DNA from: Dimorphilus gyrociliatus
Taxonomy: Eukaryota > Animalia > Annelida
Reading direction: 5' to 3'
DNA: 64,000 nucleotides
Assembly (NCBI GenBank): GCA_904063045.1
Contig: CAJFCJ010000009.1
Location: 1,922,968 to 1,986,967, forward strand
Shown: piece by piece, positions 48,997-63,000 of the stretch
Numbering within the stretch: position 1 is the first letter of the stretch
How the letters are laid out: the number at the start of each line of letters is the position of its first letter
Made by a program: the position numbers and the translations under genes
Notes under the pieces: model-generated
What the model saw: the letters and a program-made list of their open reading frames with translations, nothing else
The model's database searches: none
What the model was told of the DNA's origin: nothing

Positions 48997-49792
48997 TATT
49001 TGAAATAATAAGCTGCTTCCGTGTTTTCAAAGTGAAGACTGTTACAATTGGTTGGCGTTAAAGCCCTTTTTCTAGCCACTCTACTGTGAACAATTATGGT
49101 ACCACACTATTTGTAATAATAAACTGGTAAATTAATTTCCGCTATAATTCAAAAGACATTTGAAATCTTTCAAAAGAAATATACAGAATGTTTACATGCA
49201 TTGTTTTAAATAACCAAAAAAAAGCTATTTGAAGCGTATCAACAATTGTTGTCTTTTGAAACAATAACTAGGCAGGGGAATTGTGAGAACAACTCGCTGT
49301 ATTGTCTACTACTACAAATAACCTGAAGTGCATTTTTGAAGAAAACTAAATAATAGCACCTCAGTTTCAATACTTTAACAAAATGATAAACAATACAATA
49401 GGATAGTTTCTATACTTATCCAAAATTTCCCTTTATCTATATATCGTTTTATATATGCGTTAAATTTCTTCAAAATCTTAACTGCTAACTTACTTAAAAA
49501 GGATGTATGGAATATTGGAAAAAATACATTACTCATACTCCTACTGAAAATAGAAACCTCATATACAAAAGACTATCATTGGAAATTAGCTTCAAAGAGA
49601 ATTTTCATATACTTCATTAGATAAAATATTATCTTTTATTCAGTCGAACTTACAAACGAGTTTTCTTTTTACGGCATACAACAAGAGCTACAGTAACAAC
49701 AGAAGGACACTCTTTGTTCTATATTTAAAAATATCTCTTGGATGCTTTATTCGCTTAAGTCTTTATCTTCAATCTTTATCTAAACTAAACAG

Positions 49793-52485
49793 TTATGATC
49801 TCGATACTGAGCCAATTTTTGTTACCTTTCCTTTCGAATCTGGACGAATTGTAATTTCTTCATCCGAAACAAAATACAAAGCGTAGATTTTAGGCGCAAA
49901 TAAACAAAGTATTGTTATAAATCCATTAATTATAAGACTAATACTAAGTATAATAACTTTATAATAGGCGTAATACATTGTAAAGTAGGTAGGAAGGAAA
50001 ACAATCCAAAGAAATATCGTAGTTGAAACAGAGACAAAAACAAACCAAGATTCATTAAAGTTTTCTGGTAATTTTCGCGTCAAATAGCCGCAAACTGCGC
50101 AGAAAATTAATAATAATATATTAAATGACAGAGGCAAAACCAAAGCCGGAAGTGGATTTGAACAGATTAACTCAACTCTCTTCTCTATTTCAACTTTTTG
50201 TATTCTATCCAAGTCGGGTTTCCAAATGATCAAACTTATTATAATCAGAATTACTTCCGTAATTATCGATAGTAACACAAATACCATCTGTGATTTTCCA
50301 CTTACGAATGAAGGTCGTTTGTTTCCCTTTGAACCAGCCTTAAATATTCTATATACTCTCAATGTCTTCACAAACAAAGGTGAGTATATTGTACAAATGG
50401 TCATATGGAAACCGATGCGGTTGATGACGCAGGTAACAATTGATGGCTTAGTAATAAAGAAAAGAACCGTTACGTAACCCAAACTACATCCGAAGAGTAT
50501 AATGCCTGATAGAAATCTTGAAGATGCTTTAATGATTTTCTCCTCCTTGTATACTCTGTACATAATAACCACAAAGATATTCATACTGACTCCAATTCCA
50601 GAAAGAATAATTAGAAGAATTGATAGTGAATCGGACCATTCAACGTAATCATCGTTTATTTCATTACATTTCGTTTTAGTTTCTTGATCTTTAAAGGAAA
50701 AGAATTCAAAGAAAATTACACTCTATTATTCTATTCATTTTTTAATAATCAATATATTAGTTATTCATATTTGATTAATAATACAATGACATTTTAGAAT
50801 TTGTTTGCAATGTGTTATATATTAAAATAATGGATAAGGTATATTTAAATGGCTTACCTGGCCAAAAGAAAGTAGGACATTTTAAGCATTCTGTAGCATT
50901 CTTAACCAAAATTTCATTTTCACGACATTCTTTACATAGCCAACAGCAATGAAGTTCCTGTTGTACTCTTATTTGTGTTTGAAGACAGGGTTTACTACAT
51001 ACAGATTCAATGTTGAAATGTGTATTTATAGTAAGAATATCACCATCTTTTTTCCAAGATCCAATATTCTCCTCTGTCCATGATTTGTTATTCCATTTGT
51101 AGTGAACCAGCTCATATTCCCCTAACAAATCTCCTCTGTCATTGAATTTATAATGTACACCAGAAGAGGCTTGAAATTCCTGTTTTCTTAGATACTTAAG
51201 AACTTGTTTTCCGGTAATGCAATACTTAGAAAAGATAACGGATAGTATTTTCTTATGTTAAAGATTAAAATTGTGTTTTAATATTTACCTCTAATAGGCT
51301 TTTATTGAAAAATGCTCCAGGACAATTTGAAGTAATTAGATCATTTAATGCTCTGGAAAAAAGCTCAATACCGTCTCCTAATTTCATTATGTAACTTAAT
51401 TCATTATTGTTATTATATCCAGTTTCTGATAGATTTGAATAAAGAGAGCAATTTTTATAAAATTTACAGTGACCTAAATTCTCCCACAACTCTCTAATCC
51501 AATTATGTTTTGCTTCAGATGGTTTAAGCGATAACAAATAGTCGTTAAATTTTTCATCTCTACCCAAACTGTAAACAAAATTAAAACTTCCATCTTGCAA
51601 GTGTTCAAAGCCTTCGTGTCTAAAATAATCGTCTGCTGAGAGAAAGATAAATTTTTCGTTAGTAACGATTTGATTTAATTCGCTTAAAAATGGAATTCTA
51701 TCGTTGTAAAGGAGAATGACAATCAATATTCTGGCTAGTTTGTATTTTACTACTTTTCTAGCTACTTTTTTATACTCATCTGGATTATCTCCAGAAAATC
51801 TGTGTGAATGACCAATGCAAATTTTTCTCTTTTTTGCATTTTTCTCAATGCTTTTAGCCGCATTTTCGGCATAAGACCCTTCCGAATAAAGTAGTTGAAC
51901 ATATGTCCATCCGTAATCTTCTAATAAATGAGTCATTGCCTGAGTGACGAATGAATCGGGTGGAACCAAACGTGAAAAATATTCAAAGCGGCGTTTGTCG
52001 GATAATTCTTCTGATGTTGCAAATGGAGATACAATAGGTATTTTATATTGAGAGGCAAGACCAGCAGTAGGAATGGACTGATCGGACGAAAACGGCCCAA
52101 CTATACCAACAACTTGGTTAGATGTAGATGAAGTCGATGAATTAGAACAACTATCAGGGACAAACTTAAGGAATCTTTCAGCAGGTGTATTTATTCCACC
52201 ACAAGTGTCTAAGTATATAAATCCAAGTGTTATATTTGGTAATATATTTGGGTTTTGATTTATCTCTCGAACTCTATATTTTACTAATTCTGAACTTAGA
52301 GCTCCACCAGACAATATTTCTTTAGTACAATGACCATTTACTGAATCATAAACTGAATAGAGAATACCAATATTCAAATCGGCTTCTTCTCTCCATTCGT
52401 CATTCCGCAAAATCGCTCCAGAAATTTTATGAATTAACAACAGTGTACAAGTGAAAGGTAAAAAGAGTGTACCGAAGCACTGCAT
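49793..52485 (-). CDS. Class C GPCR, mGluR-like, copy B (3 exons)
   Basis: Same architecture as copy A: signal peptide, VFT exon (51265-52485 ORF), cysteine-rich exon, 7TM exon. Confidence 0.93.
50853..51065. repeat. 213-nt block identical to 54561-54773 (cysteine-rich domain of GPCR B versus C)
   Basis: Direct comparison at offset 3708. The same segment of copy A is clearly different (SKPCPPKFIWI versus SKPCLQTQIRV). Confidence 0.88.
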
Positions 52486-53210
52486 CTTGTTGAATGATTA
52501 CTATCCATGATGGAGAGCGTTGTTGTAGTTTACTTTTTTTTATGATAATATTAATATAAAATGACTTATAAACGCAAATATATATATATATATATATATA
52601 TAGAAATGTGCATATTTAGCATGGATATATCGAAATTTAATCGATTTCTTGGAAGAATATACTATATGTAAATATTGAGTTATTAATTAAGTCACACATT
52701 TATTTTAAAATTAAAAGAGAGAAATATGATTTTCCAAGTTTCAACATAATTTTGTGTTATAAATATCACGATTAATAGATCATTCTATTGTGGCATCTAC
52801 TTTTTAACACTTCGAATAAACAAATTCTCTTAAGTATCATCTCTTATGTCTTATTCTATAAATTCACTTTTGTTTTAATTAAACTTTCAAGTGGGTTAGA
52901 CTATTTTTCTTATAACAAAGAGATTAATTAATACATTATACACTGCCTACACAACACTATATACTGAACATTTTTTTTTTAATAGACGCATTATATAGAA
53001 TTATATACTAAATATAAAATATAATACATTAAATTTAATCGACACTTTTCCATTTGTCTTCTTTAGATATATAATCACTTTTTGTTAAATTCAATGAATT
53101 CGAAGGATTTGAATATTTTCCTATTCTTCTGTCTTTTAAAAGACATTTTTAATATTTAAGTATTTAATACTGTAGTATACGGTATATGTTATTGCTTGCG
53201 TTGTAGAGTG

Positions 53211-53224
53211 ATCGCTATGGCAAC
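53211..53224. promoter_or_regulatory. RFX X-box candidate ATCGCTATGGCAAC upstream of GPCR B
   Basis: Matches the degenerate consensus RTHNYYWTRRNRAC with a strong GGCAAC half-site; 726 nt upstream of the GPCR B ATG. Confidence 0.4.
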
Positions 53225-53570
53225 TCATAAGTCTTTTGATGAGAAAAGACGTAAAGACAAACTATGCAGGTTTAATTTATTAATATTTTTTTATGGTCAT
53301 TTAACCTTATGGTTTCTTTCAAAATGAAGGAAAGTCTCCATTTTACTTTCTAAAGATAACGTACGTAGAAACTTTCTATGAAATTTGTTAGTTGTTTTTT
53401 ATTGTACTTCATTAAAAGTATTCTTTATTATAATTTTTTACTTAAAGGATATAAAGCTTCATTTATTTTAACTACTGTCATATTTTACAATAACAAGCGG
53501 AAAAATTGACGATATAGTATTACAGAATAGAGAATTTAAGGAAAGATTACAAGAAATATATATATAGAAA

Positions 53571-56189
53571 TCATTGTGTTTTGGTAACATGTACAGACGA
53601 TATTGGGTTTATCTTAATCGACAAACCTCTTGTTTCAGTAAAAACTATAAAATCTTTATCATATTTGAACATTACAACATAGAATTTAGGAAAAAATAGA
53701 CAAACAACAGTTAAAGCGGCATTAATTATAAGACTAATACTAAGTATAATAACTTTATAATAGGCGTAATACATTGTAAAGTAGGTAGGAAGGAAAACAA
53801 TCCAAAGAAATATCGTAGTTGAAACAGAGACAAAAACAAACCAAGATTCATTAAAGTTTTCTGGTAATTTTCGCGTCAAATAGCCGCAAACTGCGCAGAA
53901 AATTAATAATAATATATTAAATGATAATGGTAGAATAAAATCATGTAGTGAATTTGAACACGTTAATTCAACTCTCTTCTCTATTTCAACTTTTTGTATT
54001 CTATCCAAGTCGGGTTTCCAAATGATCAAACTTATTATAATCAGAATTACTTCCGTAAATATCAATAGTAATATAAATACCATCTGTGATTTTCCACTTA
54101 CGAATGAAGGATGCTTTTTTCCTTTCAATCCAGATCTAAATATTCTATATACTCTCAATGTCTTCACAAACAAAGGTGAGTATATTGTACAAATGGTCAT
54201 ATGGAAACCTATGCGATTGATGACGCAGGTAACAATTGATGGCTTGGCAAGGAAGAAAAAAACGGTAACATAACCCAAACTACATCCGAAGAGTATAATG
54301 CCTGATAGAAATCTTGAAGATGCTTTAATGATTTTCTCCTCCTTGTATACTCTGTACATAACAATTACAAAGATATTCATACTGACTCCAAATCCAGAAA
54401 GAATAATTAGGAGAATTGATAGTGAATCGGACCATTCAACGTATTCGTCATTTATTTCAATACATCTGGTTTTAGTTTCTTTGTCTTTAAGAGAAAATGG
54501 GTCAAAATATGCAACTTATATTGTTTATGTAATTATTGTAATGATAAATAACGATAGTTTCTTACCTGGCCAAAAGAAAGTAGGACATTTTAAGCATTCT
54601 GTAGCATTCTTAACCAAAATTTCATTTTCACGACATTCTTTACATAGCCAACAGCAATGAAGTTCCTGTTGTACTCTTATTTGTGTTTGAAGACAGGGTT
54701 TACTACATACAGATTCAATGTTGAAATGTGTATTTATAGTAAGAATATCACCATCTTTTTTCCAAGATCCAATTTCTTCTGATATCCAGGAATTATTGAT
54801 CATTATAAACTGAGTTATTTCGTATTCTGCTAATGGGTCACCTCTGTTATTAAATTTGTATTGAATTCCAGAAGAAGCTTGAAAATTCTGATTTCGTATA
54901 TGGAAAAGAACTCGTTCTCCTGTGATGCATGTCTGTTATTTAAGGGAAGCAAAAGTTACTTTTTCAATGAAAACAAGCGTAGAGAGATGTGCAATTGTAC
55001 TTACATTTAAGAGACTTTTATCGTAGAATGCTTTAGGGCAATATTTTTCAATTAGCTGATTTAACGCTCTTGCATATAAATCAGTTCCATCTATATATTT
55101 GTTATAGAATACATATCTATCTAGGTTTTGATAATTAAGTTCAGACAGGGTTGAATAGACTGAACAGTTGGTATTAAGATTACATTTTCCAACGTGTTCC
55201 CAAAATTTTTTCATCCAAACATGCCTAACTTCATTCGGTGTTGTTGAGTGTATACATCTCTGAACTGTATCATAATTACCAATTCGATACCTAAATCTAA
55301 TGCTATACTGTTGAAGATGCTTAAACTTATCAATGATATCGTAGATATCATTTGAAATAAAAATAAAGCTTTCTTTCCCTATTATTTTATTTAGTTCTTG
55401 TAATAGATGATATGCCTCAAAATAGGTTAAACACACAACTACAACCTTTGCCTTTTTATATTTCATTATTGTTTTAACAACATTTTGAAATGCCCTTAAA
55501 GTATACGATGAAATTTTTTGTGCATTCGCAACGCAAATCTCACTATTTTGGACTTCATCTAAGAAATTTTTAGCAAAATTTTCGCATTGCGTTACTTTCG
55601 AATAGAGCAATTGAACATATGTCCATTTCTTTTCTTTTAGAAAATGAGCCATTGCTTCTGTAATAAAATTATCAGGCGGTACAAGACGAGAAAAATATTC
55701 AAATCGAGTTTTGTCAGATAGTTCATCAATTGTAGAATAAGATCCAATAAAAGGCATTTGAAAATAAGATGCCAAACCTGCTGCTGGAATTGCTCGCACA
55801 GATGTTGCACCACCTATAATACCAACATATCTATTTGAAATGGAACTTGAATTGTTGTTTGTGAAGATTTTGCTTAATTTTCCAACTTCGGCATTAGATC
55901 CACCACAAGTATCAATGAAGTTCAATCCAATTGTTAAATTTGGTAATAAAGTCGAATTTTTGTTTATTTCTTCAATGTTTTTGTAAACACAATTAGCCAT
56001 GAAACTATAAGCACTGTTAAAGCTGCTTAAACATCTGTTTCTTCTCGAATAGCGAATAGAATGAAGGACTACGATATTTAAATCGCCTTTTTTCCTCCAT
56101 TCGTTTATGTTTAGGTCTATACTCAAAATCTGTGTATATCTCAATGAAAGAATGTAAGTCAATATAAGGTGTATACTGAAAGGCGACAT
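53571..56189 (-). CDS. Class C GPCR, mGluR-like, copy C (3 exons)
   Basis: Same architecture as A and B; the most divergent VFT of the three. Confidence 0.92.
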
Positions 56190-56776
56190 GTTTATGAGTG
56201 AATATTTGCCTTAATGTTAACCTTGTTAAGTAGATGGAGAATAACAGAATTGCTATGGACAATATGTGTTGTATTATTAATAATGATAACTATTCCCTCT
56301 TTCTTCCCCAAACAAAATTCTAATTAATAAAGTAAATTGAATCACATGGTTTTTGTACTCAAAGATTTTTTATCCATAATATATTTATATTACTGTATGT
56401 GTACAAAGTAATATCTTTGAAAGTATTTGCCTGGTTTTTCCATCTCTTACTTGTTCATAAAGAATAAAACTATTGATTCAGGTCTTTAAGTGAGTTACGT
56501 AGTTTTTAGTAATTACAACTTATAAAAGTCTTTTGCTGTGTATTGAGATAATTAATGAACTCTTTGAAACCTTCTGATTTTTACATAGAGTGATCATTTT
56601 TCATCGAGATTAGAAAACAGTCCCTTATGTTAATAAAAATAAAACTACAGTTAATAAAACGTATTCAAGTATGAAAAATTTTAACTTTAATGATCAAGAA
56701 ACTGATAGCATTTAAGAAAAGATTACAAAAACCACTGTTATAGGCCTTAGGTTTTTATTCAGTGCGATCCTGCGCT

Positions 56777-56790
56777 ATTGCTATGACGAC
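56777..56790. promoter_or_regulatory. RFX X-box candidate ATTGCTATGACGAC in the GPCR C / DNAH1 head-to-head promoter
   Basis: Matches RTHNYYWTRRNRAC and lies 60 nt upstream of the DNAH1 ATG, where X-boxes of ciliary genes are expected. Confidence 0.5.
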
Positions 56791-56850
56791 TGCGAAACTA
56801 TACTTTTAGCGCTTTTCGTCAACTTAGATTTATTTAATTTAAGTAAGACG

Positions 56851-59800
56851 ATGAGTGGAAGAATTTTACAATCCTCAAGCAGAGGAAGATTATTTGAATC
56901 GAATTATCCACCAGGTACAAGTGGTAATTCTAGACAGACTGGAAAATACCCTGAAATTCGGCAGAGAGGGTATTATTCTGATGTTGTTGCTAAAGAAGCG
57001 GAAGAATCTTTAAATGTATGTGAAATAATTTAGATTATTGAGCTATTATATTTAAACCAAAATATTATAGAATGTTCAGCATGGACCGAACGCTCAGCAA
57101 CAAACGGTATGGAACGCCAGCAAGGAAATGCACATGCCGAATGTCCATACATTTGCCACTCCAGAAGAGAGCGAATTTTTAAAAGAAATTACAGCTCATA
57201 GCCAGCAGCACGGTCCTTCTACTAAAATTCAAGCAATTTCAGTAAGAATCATGTATTTTCCTTTGTTTGACTGCTTTATATAGTAGAATTTTTTCTGTAG
57301 GACTTTCCTGAGAAGGCATATCAACCAAAAGTTCAGCTTCCTTTCCTAACTCCTCCTGGTCATTGTCCTCGTAAAGTGGAAATTGAGAGGAGGAAACGTC
57401 TATACAGTTCACAGAGTTTGGAAGCTCTATTGATAAGTGAAAAAATAGATATAGGCTGCCTTATGCCCAAAGATTTAACGGATGGAGAAGAACATGTACA
57501 ACTAAATGCTGATCCTTCTAATCCAGCTCCTTTTTCTCCTTTTCTACCACTTCACACTTTTGATAATACTGAGTATGATATTAGAACGGAACCAGAATGG
57601 CTAACTCTTGGATACGAGGGAGAAGAGCGTAAACCAGTTCCCGCCAAGGCCCTGTTACCTACTAGAGATGATCTTCATCATCTCAGTGTTAAGGATGCAA
57701 CAATTGAATACGCTTACAGTGATGTAGGAGTTCTTGATTATAATCAAGAAAATCGTTTATATCTAGTTCAAAAAATCGACAAAAGTGGAAGGGTTGTTGC
57801 AGAAAATGCTGATAAAGATTTGCAGTACTGGATACCAAGAATCCAAATAATGTTTTGTGCAGAAGATCCAAGAATTTATGCTAAACGAGTGGCATTCGCT
57901 TATAAATTCAGAGAAGAAACAGAAGCTTTCCTCCGTTACCAAATGTATGTTGATTGTATGCCTATGGAAGGTGTTGGAGAGCTGGATCAAGCTAGTCTTA
58001 AAAGAATGATGGAGTGGGCCAAGGGATGTCCTTCACTGTGTCGTGATAAGTCACTTGACGATTATATGCAGGTTTTGGAGAAAGAAGTCAATATAGACTT
58101 TTGTAGGTCAATGAATAAAATCATATTTGATAAAACTGTCATATCTAACCCGGGAACATTCGCTTTCGTTCGAATACCTATCGAAGAAGAGCCAGAAGTT
58201 CCAGAAAAAGCCTGCTGTCTAGACATTCCAGAATATCCTTATGATGAACAATATGACAAATTCGCATTCAATTCTCTCTTGACAAGAGAGGAGAGTATAA
58301 ACGCTCTGGTAAAAGTTGGAACTGAATGCAATAAAGTGGCTTCTATGTCTCTCTTCCATGTACCTATGCCCAAGTATATGAGATTAGAGGAATTCGAACA
58401 AACTCAAAGCCAGAATACAGCCCAAACCGCTCTTTATCTCAAAGATGGATGGAAATTAGCATTAAAAAATGCTGTTAGAACTTGTCTCAGAGACGTTGGA
58501 AAAGGTTGGTTTAACATACACGAGACTAATTGGAATGTGTATCAAGTATCTAAAATGAAAAAATTAATGGAAAGAGTTAAATTTAATATGCAAGATTCAC
58601 TGAGATTCCTTGTTCAGGATTCCCTAGTCGCCTTTACGCAAATGGTTGTTGATGCTTCCAGATGTACGTTTGAATGTGAACCTGAAATGGAATGGGGCAA
58701 CGATCTAATCCAATCTCCATACAAGTAATTGAAACTTTTAAAAATTGCTTAAATGCCATTGTTAAATAACATTTGATAATAATAACTTCTCTTTATTAAT
58801 AGGCCAAAGAAGAATGCAATATTCTTTATGGATCTCGTCATTGATGCTGAGGGAGTTCATTTTAGCACTTTGTTGGGTAACTTTGAGCAAGTTTGCATCA
58901 ATTTATTCGATAAAGGAATCTCTTCAACTCAAAGTGTACCTCAATTGGAGAAATATGTAATGGAAGATTTAAATTTTACTGGTACGCCCCTTTTAGAATC
59001 TGTCGGCGAACACGAGCCTCCAGTAGAGGAACTACGTAACACTGTTCGACATGCACTTAAATGTTCACTTGTACCTCTTATTTCATATTCCAAAGAGTAC
59101 GAACAATTTGTCGAATTAATAAATTTGGACGTGAATGCGTATTGCAAAGAATACAACGAAAAAGAGCACACTGCTCAAGAAGTTCAAGCAGATGTTGAAA
59201 AGCATTTGACTGAAAAGGATCGTATAGAGGGAATCCTTCCAAATAATATTGTTATTGGCCCATATTATCTTAATACTGAAGGAGTTCGTCAGGCGATATC
59301 AAAAAAATGCAAAGCTTTATCAAATGCTCTGCTAGAACTGTTAGCTACCAAACTAAGAAAGCAAGCTGACGAAGCTTGCGAAGAATTCAAAACTTTCGCC
59401 AGAAAACTATACGAGAAACCAAATTGTATAGAAGAATTAGCGGAAATGAGAGAATGGATGAAAACAATACCAGATAAATTAAAGGAACATCAAGAGTTAA
59501 TTGATAAAGCTATGGTGGACTATGAGCTAATAGAAGAGTTCTATTATAACCTTTCTCAGGAAGATTTTAATACCAAGTGGACAACTGTTGGTTGGCCACA
59601 TAAAATTGAAATACAAATGGCCCAAACATACGAACAATTAGAGGAAGAAGAGGAGAAATTCCACAAACTACAATTATCGGATCAAACTACATTCAACGAC
59701 AAATTAGATTCTCTAAGTATGGCTGTGGCTGGTCTAGCCGGCTATACAGATCTAACAAGAGCACATGAAATCGCTAATGAAGTGAGAAGATTACATAAAC

Positions 59801-60039
59801 AGCTTAAAGAAGCTCAAGAACAAGCTGCAATCTACAATAACAGAGAAAGATTATTTGGGATGCCAGTTACAAATGTAAGTATTTTCCTTTGATAATTTAT
59901 TCTCACCCAACTAATATAAACTTTATTCTAATAATTATAAATTTATCCATTTGTATATTCCATTATATATCTTATACTGCATTATCCCTTAAAGAAATAC
60001 TAAGGAATTACTGCATTTATATACTTATTATTTATATGG

Positions 60040-60071
<32 letters not shown>

Positions 60072-63000
60072 GTAAATATGTTAATATATATATACAAAAA
60101 TATACGTATATACAGATTATTGATGTAAGGGTCAAGAATGTGGTAAATCATGTTGTACTAAAGAAATGCAACAGTTTATAGACTTTATGCATTTAAATAA
60201 AGATACACCTTATATTTTTATAAATTATTAAAGAAATAGAGAGCATGATAGAGCTTACTTCCTGCCTAACCTACAATATTATTCCCTCTCTCTCCTAACC
60301 TTAATACAAGTACTGATCAGGTGAAAACGAAATTTGCTTTTATAAAAATCGCCTAGTCACGTTTTCATTTGATCATTCCTTGTGTAATAGAATAATGCAT
60401 GCTTTAAATTTTATACATTTTATATTTGATAAATTCGATAATTTGAACTTTTAATGCAGTATGATAAATTAGCAAGATTAGTGAAAGATTTCGAACCCTT
60501 CCGTAATCTTTGGGTTACAGCCTCAGACTGGCAGAGATGGCACGAGAGCTGGATGAATGATCCATTGATATCTATTGATGCCGAAAGTGTTGAAAAAAAT
60601 GTTACAGAATCTTATAAGATTATGCATAAATCCGTTAGGTTATTTAACGATATACCAGGAGTATCGGACGTTGCTATGGACATTAAATTAAAAATTGAGG
60701 AGTTTAAACCAAACATACCATTGCTGCAAGGTTTAAGAAATCCCGGAATGAGGAATAGACATTGGGAACAACTAAGCGAGAACTTGGGATTCCCTCTAAA
60801 ACCAAAAGCAAATTTAACGTTTGCCAAATGCTTGGAGATGAACTTAAGTGAACATATTACAGTAATCTCAAAGATAGCCGAAGTAGCCGGTAAAGAATAT
60901 TCGATTGAACAAGCACTTGATAAAATGGAAAATGAATGGAAACCTGTTAGCTTTGAGATTATGTCTTATAAGGAAACAGGAACATTTATATTAAAGGCCA
61001 GTGAAGATATTTCCCAACTGTTGGACGATCATATTGTTATGACGCAGTCTATGTCTTTCTCACCTTATAAGAAAGCATTCGAAGAACGTATATCATCTTG
61101 GGAAAATAAGTTAAGAACAACCCAAGATGTTTTAGACGAGTGGCTACTCTGTCAAAGACAATGGCTCTATTTAGAACCAATCTTTAGTTCTGAGGATATT
61201 AACAGACAATTGCCAGTTGAGAGTAAACGTTATCAAACAATGGAGAGACTTTGGAGAAAGGTTATGAGAAATGCTAAGGAGAATCCACAGGTTATCTCAC
61301 TTTGTCCCGATAATCGTCTTCTCGACAATCTCAAAGAATGCAACAAACTGCTGGAGCAAGTACAAAAAGGTCTAAGCGAGTATTTAGAAACCAAGCGAAA
61401 TGGTTTCCCCCGCTTCTACTTCTTGTCTGATGACGAATTATTGGAAATTTTATCACAAACCAAAGATCCAACTGCTGTACAACCTCATTTGAGAAAGTGT
61501 TTCGAAAACGTTGCTCGATTAAAGTTCGAAGAGGATTTGAAAATTACAGAAATGTACTCTGCCGAAGCAGAAGCTGTTCCTCTTTCGGAAACGTTGTATC
61601 CAACCGGAAACGTCGAAGATTGGCTACTTGAAGTGGAAAGAGTAATGAGAGAGAGTTTAAGATCCATTTTAGGAAGAGCCATTGGCGAATATTATAATGT
61701 AAGCATTAGTCGAATTATCAATTGTCAATTATTCTATTTTTAAATAATCCTTTAAATAACAGGTTAAAAGAACAGAATGGGTATTGAATTGGCCAGGTCA
61801 GATAGTTATAGCTGGATGTCAGACGGCTTGGACAACTGAAGTTTCAGACTCTCTAGCTAAAGGTGATCTGTCAGGTCTTTTTCCAAAGTTACTTTCCCAA
61901 TTGGATGATTTAAGGTCATTGGTCAGAAGTCCACTCACCAAAATTGGTCGTATGATTTTATCGGCTCTCATTGTTATTGAAGTACATGCCAGAGACGTTG
62001 TGGGTAAGATGATAGAGGAAAGAGTAGAAAATATAAATGATTTTGAATGGATAAGTCAACTACGTTACTATTGGTCTGATGAAAACCTTTATATAAGGGC
62101 TGTAAACGCTGAATTTTTATACGGATACGAATACCTCGGTAATACTGGAAGATTAGTTATCACTCCACTAACTGATCGGTGCTACTTGACATTAACCGGA
62201 GCTTTACATTTGAAATTTGGAGGAGCTCCAGCAGGTCCAGCAGGAACGGGTAAAACAGAGACAACAAAAGATTTAGGAAAAGCAATGGCCGTACAATGTG
62301 TTGTATTCAATTGCTCTGATCAATTGGATTTTATGGCTATGGGTAAATTCTTCAAAGGTTTGGCTAGGTAATTTAAAAATAATGAATTTCAATATAAATT
62401 GATTTTTAAATTGAAAAAACTTTACTACTTTCTAGTGCTGGAGCATGGGCTTGTTTCGATGAATTTAATAGAATTGACATTGAAGTATTATCTGTTGTTG
62501 CTATGCAAATTACAACTATTCAAAAGGCACAACAGCAAAGGGTACGATAAATTGAATACTAATTTGCATATTGATAATTTAAACTTTTTAATTAGGTTGA
62601 TAGATTTATGTTTGAAGGTGTTGAATTAGCTCTAAAACCATCTTGCGCTGTATTTATTACAATGAATCCAGGCTACGCCGGCCGTACGGAATTGCCTGAC
62701 AACTTAAAGGCCCTTTTCCGACCTGTTGCTATGATGGTACCCGATTATGCATTAATTGCGGAGATATCATTATTTTCATTTGGTTTTTCGGATGCTAAAA
62801 ATCTGTCCAAGAAAATTGTCACAACTTTTAAATTGTCTTCTGAACAATTGAGCTCACAGGATCATTATGATTTTGGTATGAGAGCTGTAAAGAGTGTTAT
62901 ATCCGCTGCAGGTAATTTAAAACGTCAAAATCCGGATATGAATGAAGAATTAATAGCACTAAGAGCAATTAGAGATGTAAATGTACCGAAGTTCCTTATG

